A model generated the notes under the pieces. The model made no database searches and had not been told where the DNA came from. It saw only the letters and a list, made by a program, of their open reading frames with translations. From positions 12,274 to 76,273 of IMG/VR virus record IMGVR_UViG_3300037504_000213: a DNA stretch of 64,000 nucleotides. One strand, written 5' to 3'. The position numbers were made by a program, and so were the translations under genes. The stretch is from a virus. The stretch's first letter is position 1. The number at the start of each line of letters is the position of its first letter. Positions 1 to 9,863 of this stretch are shown here, in pieces.

Positions 1-1674
1 GTTGTATGTGAAATCCTCAAGTTTCTTTTCTGCCCACAGTCTTAATCTTACTATAATGTTCGCTTCTTTTTCGGATTCAATTGTTTTTTTGTTTACACTC
101 AGGAATGCTTCTTGTGACGCATTTCTGGCTGCCTGTCGTTTTCGCATAGCGTCGTCTAATTTGGATTGCTCCTCATCTAGTTTCTTTTTTGCTTTTGCTA
201 CTTTTATAGACTCTTCCATGCCAAAAGCGACGCGGAGTTCCATCTCCTCTTGTTCTGTTGCTGTTTTAATAAGTTCTTGCCGTGCGGCGTTAGTGAGACC
301 AGTTTTAATACCGAGTTCTTCCTGCCTGTTTGCTACAAGCTGATCTGCTTCAGCAACAGCGCGTTGGTAATTCAGCAGCGCGTCTAGCTGTTTTGTTGTG
401 AGCTGTCTGCCCTTCACGAGTCCATCAATAGCTTGAATTTGTTCTTCAAGCCTCTGCTTTCCGACTTTCCTAACTTCATTTATATCGTACTCGCCGTTGA
501 TATAATTTGATATTGCAGTCTGTGCATCGCGATACATTGAAACAAGGCCAGCTGTAGAAGCAACAATTTCACTAGCAATTACATTTCCTATATTCGATGC
601 GGCTTCTGATATATTTTGAACCTGCTGTTCTCCGATAATAGCTGATGCTATTTTTGGAGCAACAGAACTAGTAACAAAATTAGCTATATCACTAAATGCG
701 CCCTTATATATCTTGGCGGTGTTTTTAATTACATCTACTCCCAGGCCAAGTGCGGTTGGCGTAATGGTACCAACTGCTTCGCCTAGTGCCCCGCCAGTTT
801 GCATATCTTGCAATCTTCTAAGCCTGAGTTCCGTTAATCGTTCTTCTTCTCTTGCAAGGCCAAATTCAGCACCACGGGCGCGTTCTTGTGCTTTTTGTCC
901 CTGATAGGCTCTGTAGGTTCTGCCAGCGCCCATTAACGCGCCCATTGCAAGACCAGCACCACCAGCGATAGGGGCAATGCCGCCAGCAGCGGCAAAGGCA
1001 CCAGTCGCAAAGCCTGCGGCAGATATTGCTGGCGTAGCAGTGGCAGCAGCGACCATTATTCTTCTGCGTTTTTCAAAGCCCTCTGCAAGTGCATCTGTGT
1101 TCTCTTCAAGGCCAAAAAGAAGCTGATCAAACCTTTCAAGCATAACAGCGTTGACGACAGATTCGTTAAACGCAGACCACACGTCAGCGCGCCTTATCAG
1201 AAGGTCAATTTGTTTTTCAATAGCATTTGAGCCTCCCTTTATCATTTGTATTTCTTTTCGTAGTTCTAGTTCTCGCTCTTTTGCGGCAGAACGTTGGGCT
1301 TGACGCTGCGTTTTGCGCTCATGCTCGGCCTTCCTGTTAATTTCCCTTTGTTTTTCGGTTAGTCTTGTTTCCTCGGCAGTTAACTTGACACGCTTCGTGA
1401 CCTCTTTAGATCGCTCCTCACCAGCTTTTGATCTTACGGTTCTGAGCATTTGCTCTGTGAGCTTTTTCTCTTCGTCTGTAAGCTGCTGGATGCCACGCTG
1501 CATTTGTCTCAACATTGGTTCAGCTTCGTGCTGGAATGCCTTAAAGAACGCCTCAACACTGTTGATTGACGTTCTGGCCTCGCTCTTGATCTGATCGATT
1601 TCAACGCTTATTCGATTAAGCGAGTTGCTTACATCTTCAAGTTGTCTCGCTACATCACGCGGCGTATCTGCCAT
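1..1674 (-). CDS. Tail tape measure protein (N-terminal part; runs off the window)
   Basis: Absent from the ORF track because it has no stop in the window. Reading from ATG at 1674 gives MADTPRDVARQLEDVSNSLNRISVEIDQ..., coiled-coil-like then Ala/Gly-rich (AAATATPAISAAGFATGAFAAAGG). Directly follows the chaperone pair. Confidence 0.8.
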   Translation of the reverse strand, partial: MADTPRDVARQLEDVSNSLNRISVEIDQIKSEARTSINSVEAFFKAFQHEAEPMLRQMQRGIQQLTDEEKKLTEQMLRTVRSKAGEERSKEVTKRVKLTAEETRLTEKQREINRKAEHERKTQRQAQRSAAKERELELRKEIQMIKGGSNAIEKQIDLLIRRADVWSAFNESVVNAVMLERFDQLLFGLEENTDALAEGFEKRRRIMVAAATATPAISAAGFATGAFAAAGGIAPIAGGAGLAMGALMGAGRTYRAYQGQKAQERARGAEFGLAREEERLTELRLRRLQDMQTGGALGEAVGTITPTALGLGVDVIKNTAKIYKGAFSDIANFVTSSVAPKIASAIIGEQQVQNISEAASNIGNVIASEIVASTAGLVSMYRDAQTAISNYINGEYDINEVRKVGKQRLEEQIQAIDGLVKGRQLTTKQLDALLNYQRAVAEADQLVANRQEELGIKTGLTNAARQELIKTATEQEEMELRVAFGMEESIKVAKAKKKLDEEQSKLDDAMRKRQAARNASQEAFLSVNKKTIESEKEANIIVRLRLWAEKKLEDFTYN

Positions 1675-2008
1675 AACGCTTCATTTCCTCTACCATATGC
1701 TTGGTTAATTCCATTGCGGCATTGAAGGACTGCATGTTTTGCATTCTAAAATTAGTCGCTTGCTTGCCTTCCATCTTGTTGTATGTGTCCATAAAATCAT
1801 AAGCATCAAGATATTCTCTAACACGAAGCAAGCGGTTGAGGTCGCCATAATCCATTTCTGTATACTCTACTACAGATGGCGTGACGTTCAACCGCTCTCT
1901 TCTAAACAATTTTGTCACACAGAATGGTTGCCTACCGCCTTGATATAGATAGGCACCTATCTGCGCTATTTCGTAGGGTCCAAGCTCGTGGCTTTTTCCT
2001 TGGCATCG
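1655..2008 (-). CDS. Tail assembly chaperone, -1 frame extension (gpT-like)
   Basis: -1 frame is open from 2008 across the stop of the upstream gene to 1655; position between chaperone and tape measure. Confidence 0.6.
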   Translation of the reverse strand, partial: RCQGKSHELGPYEIAQIGAYLYQGGRQPFCVTKLFRRERLNVTPSVVEYTEMDYGDLNRLLRVREYLDAYDFMDTYNKMEGKQATNFRMQNMQSFNAAMELTKHMVEEMKRYGRYAA

Positions 2009-2409
2009 TTATAGCATTCTGTAAACCAAGACGACATCCCAATTGAGTTATACTCGTTCTCAAATGTCATGCCCCAGAAGCCATCATCAATATCTTTATA
2101 TGCCTTTTGCTTGTGGGGATATGGCGGTTCTGGCCATTCTTCATCAAATCCGTCAGTAATGTGCCACGCAGCTACATTCCGAAGCCTAACGGCATTCATA
2201 TCACGCATGAGCCTGTCTGCCATGTCTCTTGGAAGATCAACCTCTTCTCTGCTCTTCCCCTGCTCTTCGCAGAGGTGCACCACCTCGGCGTCATATCTCT
2301 CATACACATCACGTATGGCTTCTTCGTCTCGTGTAAGCCACGGACCCCTAAAATCAATCCAGTTGTCTTCGTGACCCTCTAACGGGCACTCATAATGATA
2401 TTTGTTCAT
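1966..2409 (-). CDS. Tail assembly chaperone (gpG-like)
   Basis: 147 aa acidic protein between major tail and tape measure genes. Confidence 0.65.
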   Translation of the reverse strand: MNKYHYECPLEGHEDNWIDFRGPWLTRDEEAIRDVYERYDAEVVHLCEEQGKSREEVDLPRDMADRLMRDMNAVRLRNVAAWHITDGFDEEWPEPPYPHKQKAYKDIDDGFWGMTFENEYNSIGMSSWFTECYNDAKEKATSLDPTK

Positions 2410-2858
2410 TAGACTGTCACCGCGCCTGTTGTAACAGAACCATCAAAAATGTTGAGCGTCGCAGTCATCTTTACCATTTCCTGACCAGGAATGTCGAACG
2501 ACATGTCTGTAACAATCATGGATGCAGACCACAACGGATAAGAGGCAAGACAACCAGCTGGAGCAAGCTGTACCAGAAATGATGTTTCTTCGTCATAATA
2601 ATGTTTGATTGCGCAAGCGGCGTTGGATGCCGTAAGACCAACCCAAAACCCGTTGATGTCAATGGAAAATTCCTTGAGGCCAGACGAAGAGTACGAGCGT
2701 GTTGTGTCACACATTCGTGTGGTCTCTGGAACCTCTCTCGTGAAGTTAGCTGTGATCTGTTCAAGGTCACAGCTAAACTTGGTTAACGTACCGTCGCCAG
2801 CAATATCGTCGAAAAGCAGAACAGCATTTCGACCGTGTGCTTCTATATTTCCTGCCAT
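2409..2858 (-). CDS. Major tail (tube) protein
   Basis: 149 aa; HGRNAVL, ETT..D, GLKEFSIDINGFW pattern typical of siphovirus tube proteins; AAGGAG SD; synteny. Confidence 0.75.
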   Translation of the reverse strand: MAGNIEAHGRNAVLLFDDIAGDGTLTKFSCDLEQITANFTREVPETTRMCDTTRSYSSSGLKEFSIDINGFWVGLTASNAACAIKHYYDEETSFLVQLAPAGCLASYPLWSASMIVTDMSFDIPGQEMVKMTATLNIFDGSVTTGAVTV

Positions 2859-2916
2859 AAATAACTCCTTGTCTGATAGCTATCATCGCTATCAAGATGT
2901 GACAAGGGGTTGTGGG

Positions 2917-3378
2917 TCAACAATTTCCGCTTGGTATCCCAGACTGCACAACATCAACGCCAACATAAATATCGGCCCATCTCCTGGATTTGTAGGCCAG
3001 GCCGCTTTTCAGGTCTCTCTTTGTCACCCTGACATTTTGCACATGTATATTGTCTGATGCGGCGTATCCAAGCTGTTGATTTGCCAATATGGAAGAGGCG
3101 GCAGCATGTGCAGCGTCATAAAGATTGCCTAGCGTGCCCACTGCATCCCTGGCGCTCTGTACACCTATCGTGATGGTAATTGGGATAGATAGCTCAAACG
3201 CTCCACCTGTACGTATAATGGAATAATCCCATCCCCCATCTGGTGACACAAAAAGCGCGCAACCGCTGTTTAAACTGAACACCTGTGCGTTGCAAGCACT
3301 GATTTGATATTGGTCAAATTCTGGGGCCGCTACCATCGTTTCAACGACTTTAACAATAATTTCTTCTGGTGATTTCAT
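2917..3378 (-). CDS. Tail terminator/completion protein
   Basis: 153 aa, immediately upstream of the tube gene; call from synteny. Confidence 0.5.
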   Translation of the reverse strand: MKSPEEIIVKVVETMVAAPEFDQYQISACNAQVFSLNSGCALFVSPDGGWDYSIIRTGGAFELSIPITITIGVQSARDAVGTLGNLYDAAHAAASSILANQQLGYAASDNIHVQNVRVTKRDLKSGLAYKSRRWADIYVGVDVVQSGIPSGNC

Positions 3379-4007
3379 AAATCAATGTCCAAATCCAAGT
3401 TTTCTGTCCAATCCTTTGCCAACATGCCTGAAAAATCCTTGGCCAATGACACAAAAACATTATCTTCAGCAATATCGTCTTTAAATGGATAGGCATAAAC
3501 GCCTCTCTCTTTAATCTTTCTCCATATCGGAAACGCTGGCAAGCTCCTTGCGTCAGCCCATAACATAATGGGCGTCCAAGGCAGGTTTGGTATTGGATCA
3601 GTCCCGAACTCAAGGTTGGCGGCTGCCAGAAACTCTTTCCCGCCAGAATTGTAATAATACAAGTCACTGTACACCGTCATGCGATTTCCATCAATAACGT
3701 ACTGCCAGCTTTTGGAAAGCTCTCCAGTGTAGTAGTGATCTTCGTTGGCAATGAAGTCTTGTATCTCGCTGATTATTGCGTCTCCAACCTTTTCAAGGAA
3801 AGACTCTGCCAATTGCTCTGGAACCATTGAGGCCACCGTGACAAGAAATTGCATCTCGTCAGTGGCCTCAATTGTCAGCAAATCTTCTTCTGATGGCAAA
3901 TCTGGTCGAAGGCTTGCTATCATTTCCTTAATCTTAGATTTTAGGTCATTTACCCAATTCTCAAGCCTGTCCGCAAGGCCAGTTATTCCATTAAACAGTT
4001 TTTGCAA
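3375..4007 (-). CDS. HK97 gp10-like neck/tail completion protein
   Basis: TGELSKSW...LEFGT...P..PI..W...I...G..AYPF motif order; synteny. Confidence 0.6.
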   Translation of the reverse strand: MQKLFNGITGLADRLENWVNDLKSKIKEMIASLRPDLPSEEDLLTIEATDEMQFLVTVASMVPEQLAESFLEKVGDAIISEIQDFIANEDHYYTGELSKSWQYVIDGNRMTVYSDLYYYNSGGKEFLAAANLEFGTDPIPNLPWTPIMLWADARSLPAFPIWRKIKERGVYAYPFKDDIAEDNVFVSLAKDFSGMLAKDWTENLDLDIDL

Positions 4008-5352
4008 TCTCCCTTATAAGCTGCGCAACGTTTTTTGCCCCACTGCCAGTGCCCTGATCCATTCTTCTCACAAAGTCTGCCATGTCTTTTCTGTAGTCGT
4101 ATTCACTTGTAATGTGAATACGAATAGCTTCCGCAATATCATCGACATTCATATCTACATCCATTGGGTACTGCGTGCCGTAAACCTCATCTTTGTACTC
4201 ATCAGCGTAGATGAGGGGAACGCCATCCAACACAGCTGCTTCTGTAGCAGAATTTGTGGCTGTGCACGATATGAGCAGCGACGCACTTGCAAGGACATTG
4301 CGGTATTCATCAAAGTCTGTAATAATACGAAGATCTAGCGATTTGAATGGTTCAACGTGTTCTTGCACATGAGCCTCGCTTGGGTGTGGCTTGTACACCA
4401 CAACAACTTGCTTATCTGTGCTTTCTGCAAACTTTTTTACCGCCTCGGCTATTGTAGACATCCATCTGGTCACAACGCCAAAGCCATGCTGGCCAGCGTG
4501 AGCCTGTTCTTCTGTGCCAATAACTGTGAGTACAATGGCGTCAAGGGGAAGATCAAGTACACGTCGTGCCATATCGCGTGATATGGCGTCTGCGGCTTGC
4601 CACATTTCATCAAAATGAGGGTTGCCAGTTACGATATACTGGCACTCATCGTTCCCGCGTTCTCTGTACCAATCAACATGATGCTGTCCTCCACAGCACA
4701 GGTGTGTAGCAAATGTGATGTCATGTACGTCTGGCTCATTTGGGTCAAACTGCCTGTAGTGATTGGCATGAGGGATGTGAATGACATTTTCGCCAAGATG
4801 ATTCAACATCATAGCCGTTGGTCTGGCACGTGCTGTTACATCCTCCCATGTCAAGAATCCTACAAAGTTATCAATGCGTTGCGACACCCACCAAGCTCTG
4901 AACATATCTCTTGCAGCCTCAATGACATTTCCCAAAAGAAGGGCATCTTCTGGCACATGATGTTTGGCAATTTTATCAAGAAACGTTCGGCTGGCGTCAT
5001 GTATATATTTCCCAAGTTCGACCTTGGGAAGCTCCATGTTCACCACATGGTATCCACCTCTCGTCATGTATTTGCTAATATCATCGGATATTGGCAAAAA
5101 GAAAAAGTCATCCTTCAGGTGTGGAAGCACTGGCAGTACCGTATGCCTGCCACCAACGTGAACCATAATTAATGGCTTCTCTAGTGAAATTGTGTCTTGT
5201 GAGGGCGGTTTAGTGCGAATTTTTTCATGCGCCCAAGGCAGCATTGCGTATTCCAACGCCACGTTGAGATCTACCCCGTCCACCATGCACCCCTGCCATT
5301 TAAAGGCTGTGTCGAGGGCTAAGTGGTGCAACTCACGATTCTTGTCTGTCAT
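3991..5352 (-). CDS. GT-B glycosyltransferase, sialyltransferase/capsule-polymerase-like (HP motif)
   Basis: HIPHA, VTGNPHFD, VVYKPHPSE and NSATEAA motifs of CMP-/CDP-donor GT-B transferases. Confidence 0.65.
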   Translation of the reverse strand: MTDKNRELHHLALDTAFKWQGCMVDGVDLNVALEYAMLPWAHEKIRTKPPSQDTISLEKPLIMVHVGGRHTVLPVLPHLKDDFFFLPISDDISKYMTRGGYHVVNMELPKVELGKYIHDASRTFLDKIAKHHVPEDALLLGNVIEAARDMFRAWWVSQRIDNFVGFLTWEDVTARARPTAMMLNHLGENVIHIPHANHYRQFDPNEPDVHDITFATHLCCGGQHHVDWYRERGNDECQYIVTGNPHFDEMWQAADAISRDMARRVLDLPLDAIVLTVIGTEEQAHAGQHGFGVVTRWMSTIAEAVKKFAESTDKQVVVVYKPHPSEAHVQEHVEPFKSLDLRIITDFDEYRNVLASASLLISCTATNSATEAAVLDGVPLIYADEYKDEVYGTQYPMDVDMNVDDIAEAIRIHITSEYDYRKDMADFVRRMDQGTGSGAKNVAQLIREIAKTV

Positions 5353-6754
5353 TAAACATCTCCTGGTATGTGCTTGTAGCTGGTGCAGATGGAAGCTGGC
5401 GTGTTTGCTTAACTTTCATGGCATTTACAGCAAACGCTATGTAACGATGTTGATTGGCAAATGCTGTAAGATTTTGCCTTGCATGCCTCATTGCGCCTAG
5501 CATTTTTTCCTTCTCCGCACTTAGGTTATCAATAACCTGTCTTAACTTATTATACCATGCAGATTGTGTATTTTCAACTAAATGACCAAACGAGTTTGCC
5601 ATTAGCTTGGGTGCTGCACTTGGGATGTAGCTGTCCTTATCCTGGTATGGCGCGCCGTTTGTTGCAATAAATGGTACACCAGCCATCATGTATTCCAGAA
5701 CCTTAATCCACGATCTGTGCTCATCATACGAATAGCCAAAGTCATCTATTGGTTCAAGCTCAAGTGGCGCAATACCAACGTCAAACGTAGACACAACCAG
5801 TGGCCATGTGTAGCTGTTTACATAACCCTGGTGAATAATACGATCCTTTGGTACGTTGCCAAGTGGACCATCAATAATTCTTGTGTCGCCACCGCAAATC
5901 TTAATCATAACATTGTCTGTCTCTTCAATTATTTGCTCAAGCGCTGGCACAATGTTGCTCAGATAAAAGCTGTCAAGGTGACCAGAGCTTCCACCCCATC
6001 CAATGATGATCTGGCGTTCGCTTCCATCTCTTTCAGCTACATCAAATCGTCTTTGATCTGCCAAATGAGACACTGCATTAACGAATGATCTTGCTGGCAT
6101 ATTGCCCCACGATGGAAGATAGGCAGATATGTTGTCCTGCATAAGCTGGTGCATCACATCTGCATCTATTGGCCTATTGTGCGGTTCGAACATAACGTCT
6201 GGCGCGCCGATTTGTTTTTGTCTAACGGTTCTATATGATCGCGGGTCTGCAAAGTTTGGAAGATGAAATACTGGCAGTGTTGCATCAAATCTCTTCCAAG
6301 ATTCCAACAAAACCTTCGATGGTGAAACGACACCGTCGCTGTGATTTACGACACCTTCTATTAGACCTTCAACAGTGTCGTACGGCAATCCAGATCTGCC
6401 CTTGACCCAGTACTGGTGCGCTGGGTTAATCGGCGGCAGGGCAGTGTAGTGATCATCCAAATCTACCAAGACAACCTGCCCGCGCAGCCTAAAACGATCC
6501 ATTGCCTCCATAATGGATTTATCAAAGACGTTTCTTTCCATAATGATAATATCGGCAGTTCCGATCAGCCTGTCAACTTCTGGGTCTCTCCAACGCGCTG
6601 CCGAGTTTAGGTGAATAACCTGAGCTTCAAGGATGTTGCCACCACCAGTTATGTTTATGCTGTCTGCTGGTGTTCTGGATCTCCACTGAGAGACATTGGC
6701 GTTTCTAATATCATCAGCATACAAAAACATTAACTTCAACTTGTTCTCTTGCAT
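5333..6754 (-). CDS. GT4-like glycosyltransferase
   Basis: VDLDD, IGWGGSSGH, FDVGIAPL, SWIKVLEYMMAGVPFIAT motifs; GGAGG SD. Confidence 0.8.
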   Translation of the reverse strand: MQENKLKLMFLYADDIRNANVSQWRSRTPADSINITGGGNILEAQVIHLNSAARWRDPEVDRLIGTADIIIMERNVFDKSIMEAMDRFRLRGQVVLVDLDDHYTALPPINPAHQYWVKGRSGLPYDTVEGLIEGVVNHSDGVVSPSKVLLESWKRFDATLPVFHLPNFADPRSYRTVRQKQIGAPDVMFEPHNRPIDADVMHQLMQDNISAYLPSWGNMPARSFVNAVSHLADQRRFDVAERDGSERQIIIGWGGSSGHLDSFYLSNIVPALEQIIEETDNVMIKICGGDTRIIDGPLGNVPKDRIIHQGYVNSYTWPLVVSTFDVGIAPLELEPIDDFGYSYDEHRSWIKVLEYMMAGVPFIATNGAPYQDKDSYIPSAAPKLMANSFGHLVENTQSAWYNKLRQVIDNLSAEKEKMLGAMRHARQNLTAFANQHRYIAFAVNAMKVKQTRQLPSAPATSTYQEMFNDRQES

Positions 6755-6771
6755 GTTTCCTCCGAATCAAA

Positions 6772-6813
6772 TAAGTCCGACCTAATTATAGATCGGACTT
6801 AATATTATGTCAA
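6772..6813 (-). promoter_or_regulatory. Consensus sigma70 promoter overlapped by a hairpin (terminator/operator)
   Basis: Minus strand TTGACA (6813-6808)-17 bp-TATAAT (6790-6785); inverted repeat TAAGTCCGA..TCGGACTTA at 6772-6801 spans the -10. Confidence 0.75.
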
Positions 6814-6823
6814 TACCAATATA

Positions 6824-7330
6824 TTAATTGTAGTCGAACTGATCTTTCCTAAACGAAGGCTGCACAAGATCTGAGTCGTCAAGAAGCTCTTCTTTGTCGG
6901 TTTTGCTTTGTCCAGTTATCTTGACATGTGTGTTATAAGTAAGGCCAAGCTCACTGAGTTTTGAGCACTTTAACATATCCAGGTTTTCAAGATACTCTTT
7001 TCGTCTCAACTCCCCCCTGGTTCTTTCCTCTATGGAGATCGTTGCAGATATTTGCCTATCCTCTGCTCTCCATGCGGCATACAGCGCGCTTGTGATAGTC
7101 AGGAATGGATAAAATGCTATGTCACTTCCGACTGGAACCGTATATCCGCGTGTCGCTAAAACAGCATTTATTTGCTGATCTGCGACATTCAACCATGTGT
7201 TTACAACGGTCAGTGAAGGATTAGTGTCACTGGCAAAATTACTTGCGCCAGTGCCACCATAGTCGGCGTCCGTAAATATGACTCCTTCTCCGACTATGGC
7301 AGCAACATCAGAGGCGGATGCGTACGACAT
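6824..7330 (-). CDS. Head-tail adaptor (Mu gp36/DUF1320-like)
   Basis: MSYASASDV, A..QINAVLATRGYTVPV pattern; follows the capsid gene. Confidence 0.65.
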   Translation of the reverse strand: MSYASASDVAAIVGEGVIFTDADYGGTGASNFASDTNPSLTVVNTWLNVADQQINAVLATRGYTVPVGSDIAFYPFLTITSALYAAWRAEDRQISATISIEERTRGELRRKEYLENLDMLKCSKLSELGLTYNTHVKITGQSKTDKEELLDDSDLVQPSFRKDQFDYN

Positions 7331-7336
7331 TAAATA

Positions 7337-8323
7337 CTAAGCTAAGCAGTCCGATACGAGGAGTCCAGCCTCAGAGCTAACGACCACTTCGTCAACAAAG
7401 TGCTCGGCAACCATCTTGGTAAAGCCTTCCTCGTCATATCTGAATTCCTTGATTTGTCTTGGAACGCCGATATAGTCTGGAACCCATTCTACAATCGCAC
7501 CAGCTGTTGGATTCATGAACGCTGGAGCGGCATCAACGTAACCCCACCAACAGTAATCGCCATCCCATATATCTGACATTGACGATTCCTCGCCCTGATC
7601 AGATGTGTCATAGATGGCTGTACCGATAAGGATTCTTTCCATCTCCCACATAGCCTGAAGAAGCTGCACGGTGACCATAGCTGGTTGGCCGTTGGTCGCA
7701 CCACCTTCTACACGAGCAAGCATATCTGGATGATTCCTGAGAGCCTGCCACGTCTTGGCACCCATAACAACAGTGTTTGGATACACGCCCATCTGTGTTC
7801 TGAACGTTTCTCTAATATCAAGGCCACCCTTGATAACCTCAGCAGTGTCGTCATTAAACTGAGCGCCAAAGATGTTTGTCGCAGTATCAGAGTTGCTGCT
7901 CCAATTGCCACTCGTGTTAACCATGTCGGCAACACGCTTTTCCATGCTCAGGAACAGTGCGTCCATCGCCAATTCCATAGTTGTGGTTCGTATCAGCGGT
8001 CTAGCGGCATCATCTGCGATGTCAAGCGTGTGATCCAGCAATCTTTCACCGTGAGAATAGTTCTCACAATTATATGTCCCTGGATCCCCCATACCCCACG
8101 TCGATGTGGAGTACTTGGTGCCTGGAGCATGAGCAGTCGCCTTCAGTCTAAATCTGTCGTTCTTCTGTAACTTTCTGAACTGACCAGACTGCTGATCGGA
8201 TCTGAACATTGGGAAAATGAGTTCGGCAATGTACTGCATGTTGGAGTAGCCCGTAGCCAGCTGGCTAAGGACACGGTTAATTGCATTGATTTGATTCTTA
8301 CCTAAAGTTGGATTATAAGCCAT
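7337..8323 (-). CDS. Major capsid protein
   Basis: 328 aa; YIAELIFP, PNTVVMG...WQALRNHP, DIW motifs of lambda gpE-like HK97-fold capsids; GGAGG SD. Confidence 0.85.
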   Translation of the reverse strand: MAYNPTLGKNQINAINRVLSQLATGYSNMQYIAELIFPMFRSDQQSGQFRKLQKNDRFRLKATAHAPGTKYSTSTWGMGDPGTYNCENYSHGERLLDHTLDIADDAARPLIRTTTMELAMDALFLSMEKRVADMVNTSGNWSSNSDTATNIFGAQFNDDTAEVIKGGLDIRETFRTQMGVYPNTVVMGAKTWQALRNHPDMLARVEGGATNGQPAMVTVQLLQAMWEMERILIGTAIYDTSDQGEESSMSDIWDGDYCWWGYVDAAPAFMNPTAGAIVEWVPDYIGVPRQIKEFRYDEEGFTKMVAEHFVDEVVVSSEAGLLVSDCLA

Positions 8324-8334
8324 TATTGTTCCTC

Positions 8335-8772
8335 CTAGCTCGCAATGCCGTCGCCAGCATCAGTATCAAAGTGTGGCGGCAAAATGAGACCAGTACCCAA
8401 CTTTGAACCACTTGTAAATGTTGGCCCAAGGTAACGACCGTATCTCGAAGACGCGCCAGAGGCCGCAACAACAGCGCCATTTGTGTGAACAGTAAACCAA
8501 TCACCAGTGCTAAGACCATTGCTTGCTCTGACAATTGCCTCACCCATATAAACAAGTCTTACGAATTCACCAGGGCACGAAGAAAGGTTAAACTGTGACG
8601 GAAGCACTCCAAGTGCCGTTGGGTTGCTGGCACCAGTAGCCTTGGCGACATATGGAATTTCGTCATTTCTTGTCGCACTCCCGTTAGGGGCGAAAAAATA
8701 GCCCATATCAGAAGCATACAAAGCGTTTGAAGCACAAACCCCAATTGTAGCCTGCCATCCTTCAGTAGGCAT
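8335..8772 (-). CDS. Head decoration/cement protein
   Basis: 145 aa, Gly/Ala-rich (LGVL..GE.V..V.MG...VRA...L.TGD), between protease and capsid. Confidence 0.6.
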   Translation of the reverse strand: MPTEGWQATIGVCASNALYASDMGYFFAPNGSATRNDEIPYVAKATGASNPTALGVLPSQFNLSSCPGEFVRLVYMGEAIVRASNGLSTGDWFTVHTNGAVVAASGASSRYGRYLGPTFTSGSKLGTGLILPPHFDTDAGDGIAS

Positions 8773-9863
8773 TACATACCCTCCTTAATGAGTGTGGCGT
8801 ATTCTGGCTTGTTGCTCATGTATACAAGCGCCTTGTTCAGGTCGCCACTGAACTTCTCGTCTGCAACCGATCTCATTGCATCAATCAGCTTTTGCTCTGG
8901 ATCCCCGTCGCTAGATGGTTCTTCCGTAGAACCCTGCATCTGAAAGTTTGTCTTGGCAAGCTCATTGACTTTGGCCAACCAACCAAAAACTTCCTCTACC
9001 ATTTCATCATTAACCCCAGAAACCAGCTTTGTTACAAAGCCAGCGTCTGGAAGAGCGTTAAAGTGCTCAACGCGAGCCTGTAACTCGGCGAACCGCATCT
9101 TCTGCTGCATCGCAGAAAAATTAGCCTCCATGTCCCGAAGGCGCTTTTCCATCTGATCGCGTTCGCGTGCCAACTTTTCGTTCTGCCGTCTCAGCAGGTT
9201 GTCAACATCGCTCGCGTGGTTAGCAAAGCCTTCAGGAGTGTCTGGCTGCGGCACCGCTTCAGCTTCAACGTCAGAAGCGTCGATAACCTCGACCTCTTCA
9301 ACGTTTGGCTTGTTGCCGTGTTCATCTGCCATAATATCTCTCCTACTCGTTAAATCTGCGAATACAGCCGTGTTCTCTCCGAAATACGGCTGGTTGGTGA
9401 GGGCCACCGCAACTAAAACGTTGTCGATTTCCTCACCATCTCTTTTCTGATATAATGTGTCGAAGAAGTTGGACCAAACCACTTCAGCGCTTGCATATTC
9501 ATATTCTCCACGCGACAGAATATCCATGCCAGCCTCGTTGTATTCTGGCGTGACATAAAGGCCTTCTCCTGGCTCATACCGAAGACCAGCAACGTTGCCA
9601 ATCTTGGGCGGGTCTTCTGAGAAGCCAGGATGTCCAGCCCAAATTGGTATTTTCATGTCTGGGATATTGGCATCGAAGTTAGCTCTCATTTGTGCTAATC
9701 TGGCATCTGTGACCTCTATTTCTCTGTCTCCACGCTTAAATGTTCCAATAGGAAACAGAAGGAACTCTTTGCCTTGCTCTAGCTTGGCAAACTTATCATT
9801 CTTCCGTTTCTGTGTCTGGTTCAGATTCTCCCTCTGGCTCAGAATCCAATCCGTCTTCATCAT
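8772..9863 (-). CDS. Prohead protease (Mu gpI-like) with C-terminal scaffold
   Basis: GH, YEYASAE, VALTNQPYF motifs; coiled-coil C-terminus; start chosen by GGAGG SD. Confidence 0.8.
   Translation of the reverse strand: MMKTDWILSQRENLNQTQKRKNDKFAKLEQGKEFLLFPIGTFKRGDREIEVTDARLAQMRANFDANIPDMKIPIWAGHPGFSEDPPKIGNVAGLRYEPGEGLYVTPEYNEAGMDILSRGEYEYASAEVVWSNFFDTLYQKRDGEEIDNVLVAVALTNQPYFGENTAVFADLTSRRDIMADEHGNKPNVEEVEVIDASDVEAEAVPQPDTPEGFANHASDVDNLLRRQNEKLARERDQMEKRLRDMEANFSAMQQKMRFAELQARVEHFNALPDAGFVTKLVSGVNDEMVEEVFGWLAKVNELAKTNFQMQGSTEEPSSDGDPEQKLIDAMRSVADEKFSGDLNKALVYMSNKPEYATLIKEGM

Noticed and set aside
2-1594. Plus-strand ORFs at the left end and other antisense ORFs such as 42351-43223
   Set aside because: Shadow frames of well-supported genes on the opposite strand.
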